A stretch of 64,000 nt of DNA, from the NCBI GenBank assembly GCA_964342875.1, contig CAYFHI010000001.1:5384-69383 (forward strand). The letters run 5' to 3'. Shown here piece after piece: positions 57,443 through 64,000 of this stretch; position 1 is the first letter of the stretch, and each line of letters starts with the position of its first letter. The position numbers were made by a program, and so were the translations under genes. Origin of the DNA: an uncultured Dehalococcoidaceae bacterium. Its GTDB lineage: Bacteria > Chloroflexota > Dehalococcoidia > Dehalococcoidales > RBG-16-60-22. The notes under the pieces were generated by a model. That model did no database searches and was not told the DNA's origin. It saw nothing but the letters and a program-made list of their open reading frames with translations.

Positions 57443-58510
57443 ATGGCCGACCTTAAGCGAATAATTGAGATGATTACTCCTCTTGACACAGAGAGGATGG
57501 ATGAAACTCGGGCGCGGCAGGACATATTAACGAAGCCGCAGGGCAGCTTGGGTAGGCTGGAAGAACTGTCTATCCAGTTGGCGGGTATTCAGGGCAAAGC
57601 TAATCCGGAAATTAAGCAAAAAGCCATTATTACTATGGCGGGAGACCATGGTGTGGTTGACGAGAAAGTAGGTAACTGGCCACAGGAAATTACAGCTCAG
57701 ATGGTCTATAATTTCCTCCGCGGTGGAGCCGGAATTAATGTACTGGCACGGCAAGCCGGCGCTAGGGTAGTGGTGGTGGATATGGGGGTAGCATCTGACC
57801 TAAAACCTGACCCTCAACTTTTAGTGAGGAAAATTGGCTACGGTACCCGGAATATGTGCTTGGGTCCGGCGATGACGGTAGAACAGGCAGTCAAGTCAAT
57901 TGAGGCGGGAATTGAGATAGTGACCGATGAATTAAAAAAGGGCATTGATATCGTCGGCACTGGCGATATGGGTATCGGTAATACTACGGCAAGTAGTGCT
58001 ATCTGTGCCGTAATGACCGGAAAAACGGTAGCCGAGGTTACCGGCAGAGGCACTGGCCTGACCGATGAACAGCTTGCCCGTAAAGTAGGGGTAATTGAAC
58101 GAGCCTTGGCGAAAAATAACCTCGATTCGTCTCAGTCCCTGGACGTCCTGGCGAAGGTAGGAGGCTTTGAGATTGGGGGGCTGGTGGGGGTAATTCTGGC
58201 AGCTGCTGCCTATCGTGTACCGGTGGCTATTGACGGCTTTATCTCCGGAGCAGCCGCCCTTATTGCCTCAGCGCTGGCGCCAGGAGTCAAGGGATTTCTT
58301 ATTGCTGCTCATGTTTCTGCGGAAACCGGTCACCGGATAATACTTGAACATCTGGGACATAAGCCGTTGCTTGATTTGGACATGCGTCTGGGTGAGGGCA
58401 CTGGCGCGGTACTGGGTATATTCTTGGCTGAGGCTTCCGCCCGGATTCTGGCGGAGATGTCGACTTTTGCCGAAGCCGGTGTATCAGAAGGAGATGGGTC
58501 GGTAAAATGA
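57443..58510 (+). CDS. cobT: Nicotinate-nucleotide--dimethylbenzimidazole phosphoribosyltransferase
   Basis: Start at MADLKRIIE (AAAGGAG RBS). Motifs KPQGSLGRLEEL and GDMGIGNTT. Confidence 0.92.
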   Translation: MADLKRIIEMITPLDTERMDETRARQDILTKPQGSLGRLEELSIQLAGIQGKANPEIKQKAIITMAGDHGVVDEKVGNWPQEITAQMVYNFLRGGAGINVLARQAGARVVVVDMGVASDLKPDPQLLVRKIGYGTRNMCLGPAMTVEQAVKSIEAGIEIVTDELKKGIDIVGTGDMGIGNTTASSAICAVMTGKTVAEVTGRGTGLTDEQLARKVGVIERALAKNNLDSSQSLDVLAKVGGFEIGGLVGVILAAAAYRVPVAIDGFISGAAALIASALAPGVKGFLIAAHVSAETGHRIILEHLGHKPLLDLDMRLGEGTGAVLGIFLAEASARILAEMSTFAEAGVSEGDGSVK

Positions 58511-59262
58511 GCTTTTTCGCGGCCCTGCAATTTCTGACCGTTATCCCCGTGCCATGGTGGCATAAAGACAGCCCGGAGGAACTGGGGCGTTCCATAGTAT
58601 ATTTCCCAGTAGTTGGTCTGATTATCGGATTTATCTTGGCCGGTTCACACTGGCTTTTCGGGCTTTTTCTACCCTTTCCCTTAGTGAATGCATTACTACT
58701 TGTAGTTCTGGTAATAATTACCGGGGCACTGCATCTTGATGGATTTGTGGATACCTGTGATGGGGCTGGCAGTCGGGGTACCACTGAGGATAGGTGGAAG
58801 GTGATGCACGATAGCCGGGTTGGTGCTTTTGGCATCATCGGTGTCGTGTTACTGTTGCTGGTTAAGTATGTCGCTTTAAGTAGTACTCCCGGATATTTAA
58901 CAGTGATGGTTCTTGTCTTTATGCCGGTGGTAAGTCGCTGGGTAATGGTTTATGTTATTTTCGCCTTTCCGTATGCCCGTCCATCCGGTTTGGGGAAGGT
59001 GTTTAAACAGGCAGCCAGATGGCCTAGATTTACGATCGCCACGTTACTGGTTTTCATTGTAGCTGTGGTTTTAATACCGTTGGTTCATCTGGCTGCGATG
59101 GTAATAGTGATAGGTGTCTGGATTATCTCTACCCTGGTAGCATTTTATATTAAGAATAAATTCTCCGGGTTTACCGGTGATACCTATGGCGCTATTAATG
59201 AAATAGCTGAAGTGAGTACTCTTCTTTTAATTATTCTACTGGCACGACTTGGATTAACCTAG
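58507..59262 (+). CDS. cobS: Adenosylcobinamide-GDP ribazoletransferase (cobalamin synthase)
   Basis: 251 aa multi-TM protein. TGALHLDGFVDTCDG motif. ATGA overlap with cobT. Confidence 0.9.
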   Translation: MSFFAALQFLTVIPVPWWHKDSPEELGRSIVYFPVVGLIIGFILAGSHWLFGLFLPFPLVNALLLVVLVIITGALHLDGFVDTCDGAGSRGTTEDRWKVMHDSRVGAFGIIGVVLLLLVKYVALSSTPGYLTVMVLVFMPVVSRWVMVYVIFAFPYARPSGLGKVFKQAARWPRFTIATLLVFIVAVVLIPLVHLAAMVIVIGVWIISTLVAFYIKNKFSGFTGDTYGAINEIAEVSTLLLIILLARLGLT

Positions 59263-59276
59263 TCGGGAGGGGGAGA

Positions 59277-59906
59277 TTGTCAAAGTTATTATTGGTACGT
59301 CACGGTAATACAAAATTAAACAGCCACGAAAGGTTCTGGGGGCAAACTGACGTTGAACTAGGTGTTGATGGGATAGAGCAGGTGGAGAGATTACGAGACC
59401 GACTGGCATCATTCAAGATTGACGCTATCTATGCCAGTAATCTTTTCCGTACTAGGGTAACTGCTGAGATTATTGGTGCCAGACAAAAGTCGGATATTGT
59501 GATCTGTGCCGAGTTGGGTGAGATTAACTTTGGATATATCGAGGGACTGACGTTCGAAGAAATAAGCCAGCGCCATCCGGAGCTGGCGGTAAGGTTAGCC
59601 GACTGGAGTATCAGTCCTGAGTTTCCCGGAGGAGAAAGTTTTAAGGATTTTAATAAGAGAGTTAGAAAATTTATTCCCAAGCTTGAGAGCCATGCGCCGG
59701 AGGAAACGATACTTATCGTCGCCCATGCCGGCTCACTGCGTCTTTTAATATGCAATTTGATGAAGATTTACGTACGATTCTGGCGGCAGATGCGCCTAGA
59801 GTTGGCTTCATTGAGTATTTTGGAGACACATCCGCATGGTGCAACCCTGATGCGGTTAAATGATATTTCTCATCTGGAAACGCAGGAGATAAATCGTAAG
59901 CTCTGA
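59277..59906 (+). CDS. cobC: Alpha-ribazole phosphatase (histidine phosphatase family)
   Basis: 209 aa. LVRHGNT catalytic RHG motif. TTG start. Placed after cobS. Confidence 0.8.
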   Translation: MSKLLLVRHGNTKLNSHERFWGQTDVELGVDGIEQVERLRDRLASFKIDAIYASNLFRTRVTAEIIGARQKSDIVICAELGEINFGYIEGLTFEEISQRHPELAVRLADWSISPEFPGGESFKDFNKRVRKFIPKLESHAPEETILIVAHAGSLRLLICNLMKIYVRFWRQMRLELASLSILETHPHGATLMRLNDISHLETQEINRKL

Positions 59907-59943
59907 CCGCGATTGTTTTTCGATAACCTACTGGCTGCATCTG

Positions 59944-60774
59944 TTATGATAGGGTTTCCTTTACCTGCTCATTGATTTCTTCAGTTAGGTCATAGCCGTT
60001 AATTGGCTTGTTAGCAGCATTCACAACCTGTTCGTCATCGGTGATTTTCACCCTTCCTTGGCTGAAAGCTTTTATAGTGGATATTATCAGAGGAAGCTCC
60101 CGGGCGAAACCGTGCTGTCGGATAGTCTGGAATAAATTATTGTTTTCACCTTGGTCTTTCCTGATTTTGTCTATGGGATAACCCCTTATCTCGTCCCAAT
60201 ATCTGTCAAAAGGTTCCCCCCTGATTGGGAATGTGCAGTAAGTTGCTGGCGGTCCCTTGTCAAGCTCAGGGATTACCAGGTGCATTATCACTCCAGTGGT
60301 TTCAGCTTCGTGCTCTATCAGCTGCCAGATAACCTCTTTCCAGGTGCCAGTCGGTCCGCCCGGTGCTGCCGGATGAAGGTTAATCATATCGTATTTTCGG
60401 CACAGCTCTGGCCCGACAATCAGCATGTAACCGGCAAGGATGCACAGGTCTGGACGAAAATCCTGGAGACGCGCCATTACCTCCCTATCATAGTCAAGCC
60501 GCCATGCGGGTAAAGCATTTGGGTCGCTGCCATCGGATTGTCCTTTTTTGAAGTGCTGGTATGAGAAACTGACGAGGGGAATATTGCAATTTTCAATCAT
60601 ATCCAAAAACGTGTCCGTGACTTCAGTTTCACCGCGTTCACGACTGCAGAAAATAAAGGCTATCTCCGCTTCTATATCACCCGATTTGATACTGTTCTGT
60701 ACTACCTTGAGAAGTCCTTGAGAGCCCTTGCCTCTGCCTGTAGAAAACCATCCAAGTTGACAAGGATCGCTCAT
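59944..60774 (-). CDS. Formyltransferase-family protein (PurN-like fold)
   Basis: NLHPAAPGGPTG...TGVIMHLVIPELDKGP matches the formyl_trans_N catalytic pattern. ATG at 60774 preferred over the TTG at 60786. Confidence 0.62.
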   Translation of the reverse strand: MSDPCQLGWFSTGRGKGSQGLLKVVQNSIKSGDIEAEIAFIFCSRERGETEVTDTFLDMIENCNIPLVSFSYQHFKKGQSDGSDPNALPAWRLDYDREVMARLQDFRPDLCILAGYMLIVGPELCRKYDMINLHPAAPGGPTGTWKEVIWQLIEHEAETTGVIMHLVIPELDKGPPATYCTFPIRGEPFDRYWDEIRGYPIDKIRKDQGENNNLFQTIRQHGFARELPLIISTIKAFSQGRVKITDDEQVVNAANKPINGYDLTEEINEQVKETLS

Positions 60775-60812
60775 TTTCACCCCCAATTATTTTTACGGCC
60801 GTATTTCAGGCG

Positions 60813-61457
60813 TTAAAAATGCTTCTTAAGCCTTGCCAGGACGCTGTGAAAATGTGTAAGTGGGTTTGTCCTGTGTCCGGAAATATTACCATTGTTTAAA
60901 ATCTGAAGAAAGTCGTCTCTGCCGGTAAATTCAAGCATTTCAACGTAAGCATTTCCTATCTCGTGCAGGCTATGGGCATCACTGCCGGCGCTTTTGGCAA
61001 TGCCGTGCTTTTCAGCGAAAGCCTCGGCTTTATTGGAACTTCGCAGAAGAGGATCTCTGGCATTGAACACTTCCATAACGTCAATCTGTCCCACAATTTC
61101 TTCTATTTTTTTACTGTTCAGGGCCGATCCCCTAACCGTGTCAAAGGGGTGTGGTATGCAAACTAGGCCACCCTGAGATCTTATCTGAGAAAGCACCTCT
61201 TCTACCGATTGCCCGCTGGATATGGTCTCCTTGAGGAACATCCCCATAATCTCTCCGTGAGGGGTAAGTATTTCCTCGGAGACAATTACGCTGAAAGGTG
61301 CCAACTGTTGCATCTTTAAGGCGCCCTCGATAGTGCCGTGGTCGGCAATGTTAACGCAGTTTATCCCTAATGCCAGACAGCGATTGATAATTTTATCTAG
61401 AGGCGCATCGCAGTCCATTGAATATTTGGTGTGGATATGAAGGTCAGCTTTCAGCAA
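60813..61457 (-). CDS. PHP-domain metal-dependent phosphoesterase
   Basis: 214 aa. ADLHIHTKYS N-terminal His motif plus later HP and DAH motifs. Confidence 0.75.
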   Translation of the reverse strand: MLKADLHIHTKYSMDCDAPLDKIINRCLALGINCVNIADHGTIEGALKMQQLAPFSVIVSEEILTPHGEIMGMFLKETISSGQSVEEVLSQIRSQGGLVCIPHPFDTVRGSALNSKKIEEIVGQIDVMEVFNARDPLLRSSNKAEAFAEKHGIAKSAGSDAHSLHEIGNAYVEMLEFTGRDDFLQILNNGNISGHRTNPLTHFHSVLARLKKHF

Positions 61458-61468
61458 TTTGGTTGATA

Positions 61469-62026
61469 TTAGCTGCTCCTTTCCAGATAACTGGCGGTTC
61501 GAGTATCAATCTTGAGGATATCTCCTTCGTTAACAAACAGTGGGACTTGCACCGTCAGTCCTGTCTCCAGTGTGGCAAGCTTGGTACCGCCGGTGGCGGT
61601 ATCGCCTTTGAAACCAGGATCGGTTTTAGTGACCTCAAGTTCAATTGTGATGGGCAATTCAATACTAACAAATTTACCCTTATAACTCGATATATTAACG
61701 GAAATACCCTCTTTTAAGTATTTAAGATCGTCGCTAAGTTGGCTGGCAGTAAGCGGTGTCTGCTCAAAGCTCTCCTCATCCATAAAATAATAGAGTTCGC
61801 CTTCGTTATAAAGGTACCGTTGTGTGTGGGAGTCAATCCTCGCCCTGACTAGCCTCTCATTGGATTGAAAGCTTCGTTCCATAGTATGACCGGCATTGAT
61901 GTCACGGAGTTTTACCTTGGCCAGGGCGGTTCGCTTCATTTTTACATGCTGATAGTCGATAACCTGTAACAGTTTGCCGTCCAGTTCAATAATGATCCCT
62001 TTTCTTAGTTCACTTCCGCTAATCAT
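61469..62026 (-). CDS. efp: Elongation factor P (atypical beta3-beta4 loop)
   Basis: 185 aa, colinear with EF-P (TDPGFKGDTATGGTKLATLETG). The loop reads HVKMKRTALAKVKLR instead of the usual VKPGKGQAFARVKLR. Confidence 0.9.
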   Translation of the reverse strand: MISGSELRKGIIIELDGKLLQVIDYQHVKMKRTALAKVKLRDINAGHTMERSFQSNERLVRARIDSHTQRYLYNEGELYYFMDEESFEQTPLTASQLSDDLKYLKEGISVNISSYKGKFVSIELPITIELEVTKTDPGFKGDTATGGTKLATLETGLTVQVPLFVNEGDILKIDTRTASYLERSS

Positions 62027-63108
62027 AATAAACCCTTTCTCGCTTTTGAAATCGCGGTAACTTTGCCTTTTTCCAGTATTACGAGGTCTTCAATTCTTAC
62101 CCCTCCCCAACCGGGGAGATAGATGCCAGGTTCGATGCTAAAAACCATATCAGAAGTAAGTGTCTCGGTAGAACCGGGCCCTAGGCAGGGCGATTCATGG
62201 GACGCTAGCCCGATGCCGTGTCCGAGGGCATGCCCGAAATTTTCTTCATAACCTGCTTGCTCAATAACCGTCCTAGCAAGGCTGTCCGCCTGCTCACCGG
62301 ACATACCCTCCTTTATTATAGCCACAGCCGTTAGCTGGGCGCAATGGACAACGTCATATATTTTTTTAAAATTAGCGTCAGGGTCGCCGAGACAAATGGT
62401 GCGGCTCAGGTCGCTGCAATAGTTTCCAATTCTGGCTCCAATATCAATAATAACCGGCTCTCCGGGACTAATGGTGCGCTGGGAGGGCTTGGCGTGAGGC
62501 AGGGCAGCGTTAGGTCCTGAAGCGACAATAATATCAAATGGCAGCGACTGGCTGCCGTTCTCCCGCAGAATTTTCTCCAGTTCCCAAGCGACGTTAATTT
62601 CAGTCATGCCGGCGTGGATGGTATCTTCAATGTATTCAATGGCGTTATCGCTTATGCCGGCGGCTCGGGTAATACACTCAATTTCTTCAGGTTCTTTTAT
62701 CATCCGCAGGGATTCTACTAGGTCGTCAACAGGGGTAAGCTTTAGCGGAAGGTTCTGTTTCTTGAGTGTTTCGCTTAACTGCTGGTACTGGGAAGAGGTA
62801 ATGTGCCTCGCCTCGAATCCCAGTCTGTTCAAATTTAATCCACCTGTCAGTTCCGGGAACCAGCTTGCAATACCGTTAGTTATTCTGAAAATTTTATAAC
62901 CGGGCGCCTGTACCTTCGCCTGCTCGATGTATCGGAAATCGGTAGCTAAGATGGCATCTTTCTTCGTAATCAGCAGAAAACCGGCAGAGCCATTAAATTC
63001 GGAAATGTAGTATCTGTTCTCAGGTTGAGAGATAAATATAGCGTCAATCTCTCTCCTCTCTAAACTGTCACGCAGTTTTTGCAACCTGCTAGCTATCTTC
63101 AGTTTCAT
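62023..63108 (-). CDS. pepP: Xaa-Pro aminopeptidase (M24B)
   Basis: 361 aa. Metal ligand contexts DIGA, HGIGL, SIEPG and RIED. Confidence 0.87.
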   Translation of the reverse strand: MKLKIASRLQKLRDSLERREIDAIFISQPENRYYISEFNGSAGFLLITKKDAILATDFRYIEQAKVQAPGYKIFRITNGIASWFPELTGGLNLNRLGFEARHITSSQYQQLSETLKKQNLPLKLTPVDDLVESLRMIKEPEEIECITRAAGISDNAIEYIEDTIHAGMTEINVAWELEKILRENGSQSLPFDIIVASGPNAALPHAKPSQRTISPGEPVIIDIGARIGNYCSDLSRTICLGDPDANFKKIYDVVHCAQLTAVAIIKEGMSGEQADSLARTVIEQAGYEENFGHALGHGIGLASHESPCLGPGSTETLTSDMVFSIEPGIYLPGWGGVRIEDLVILEKGKVTAISKARKGLL

Positions 63109-64000
63109 CTTTTCCTGCTCGCGCCATCGGGTGCGCCGAAAGGTATATTTTTTTTGCCTGGCTTTTGGTTACGTGTGTATAAATCTGAGTAGAGGACAGA
63201 CTGGTATGCCCTAAAAGCTCCTGGACAACCCTGAGGTCGGCACCCCCGTCAAGAAGATGCGTGGCGAAGGTGTGGCGTAGCATATGCGGGTGTACCTTTT
63301 TATCCAGAATTACGGCGTACTTTTCAAGGATTTTCTGCACTCGGCGTGCCGGAAGGCGTTCTCCATAACGGTTCAGGAATAATGCTTGACTCTTCTTATT
63401 GTTCAGCAGCCGGGATCTGCCCAGGCTAATGAATACGTTCAGTGCCTGTGCTGCCGGTTCGCCTACCAAGACAATACGCTCTTTCGCCCCCTTACCCCAG
63501 ATCCGGATTTCATTGGTATCAAGATTGACTTGGTCGAGGTCAAGGCTAACTAGCTCGCTCACTCGGAGACCGGAAGCGTAGAGTAATTCAAGTAAAGCAC
63601 GGTCGCGCTGACCTTCCGGTTTGGATAAATCAGGAGATTCGATAAGCGTCCTTACCTCATCGATACTGAGAAAAGAGGGCAGGCGTTTATCCAGCTTTGG
63701 TGAAGGGGCATTCTTCAGCGGATTGGCAGGTAGTATGCTCTCCCGTTCCAAGTAGCGGTAGAAGGAGCGAATCGCCGATTGCTTACTGGCGATGCTCGTT
63801 TTGGATAGTCCCTGCTCGACAAGGTAGGATAGGTAGCTGCGCCAAACATGCCTGTCCACTTCCTTTAAGGAACCGATCCCTTTTTGTCTCATAAAACCGA
63901 CAAAGTCGAGTAAAACGGCGGAATACAGGCGTACAGTGTGAGGTGAAGTATTGCGTTCTGCCTGTAGATAGTCGATATATCGCTTAAAGATTTTCTGCAT
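63089..64000 (-). CDS. Tyrosine recombinase XerC/XerD family (the ATG lies at the window edge, so the N-terminus may be incomplete)
   Basis: 303 aa. R...HMLRHTFATHLL...GHTSLSSTQIYTHV catalytic pattern. Confidence 0.87.
   Translation of the reverse strand: MQKIFKRYIDYLQAERNTSPHTVRLYSAVLLDFVGFMRQKGIGSLKEVDRHVWRSYLSYLVEQGLSKTSIASKQSAIRSFYRYLERESILPANPLKNAPSPKLDKRLPSFLSIDEVRTLIESPDLSKPEGQRDRALLELLYASGLRVSELVSLDLDQVNLDTNEIRIWGKGAKERIVLVGEPAAQALNVFISLGRSRLLNNKKSQALFLNRYGERLPARRVQKILEKYAVILDKKVHPHMLRHTFATHLLDGGADLRVVQELLGHTSLSSTQIYTHVTKSQAKKIYLSAHPMARAGKDETEDS

Overview
This is a 64-kb chromosomal window with about 70 genes, most of them on the minus strand. I saw no rRNA, tRNA or CRISPR array. Housekeeping blocks are recR-ybaB-dnaX, eno, pth-ligA, cobU, clpP-tig, aspS, rplU-rpmA-rpmE, hisI-hisA, rpe, efp-pepP and xerC/D. 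Accessory content points to an anaerobic, corrinoid-salvaging bacterium, possibly Dehalococcoidia/Chloroflexota-like (an inference from gene content, low confidence). That content includes a riboswitch-controlled cbiB-cobD plus cobT-cobS-cobC set with no de novo corrin genes, a cytoplasmic Mo/W-bisPGD oxidoreductase, a thiol/O2-detoxification island, csoR-copA and ccdA-tlpA.

The most interesting locus is 2.7-8.2 kb. Two 391-aa tubulin/FtsZ-superfamily GTPases look CetZ/tubulin-like rather than FtsZ-like, yet both end in an FtsZ-style tail, KDIPSLL. They bracket a 650-aa protein built from a strict 25-residue repeat (later spacings are 25 + n x 11) and a 193-aa acidic coiled-coil protein. I read this as a candidate undescribed bacterial cytoskeletal cassette.

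Other notable calls:
- A glutaredoxin-like gene missing from the ORF track, with TGA at the first Cys of its CPYC motif (UPYC) and a strong downstream SECIS-like bipartite hairpin. It sits next to trxB.
- An IscS/NifS-like protein lacking the PLP Schiff-base lysine (SGHK -> ASDQ). It heads an iscU / Zn-ribbon / DsrE-like / TusA / unknown-protein cluster.
- An EF-P whose loop tip reads KMKRTA instead of KPGKGQA.
- A hisA with no canonical start codon.
- An orphan promoter-to-terminator unit of about 290 nt.
- An unusually high density of decayed genes: a methyltransferase, a tandem ferritin-like gene, a DUF457-like gene, a PD-(D/E)XK nuclease, an IS1380-like remnant and others.

All homology calls come from by-eye motif recognition. 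No searches or computations were run.
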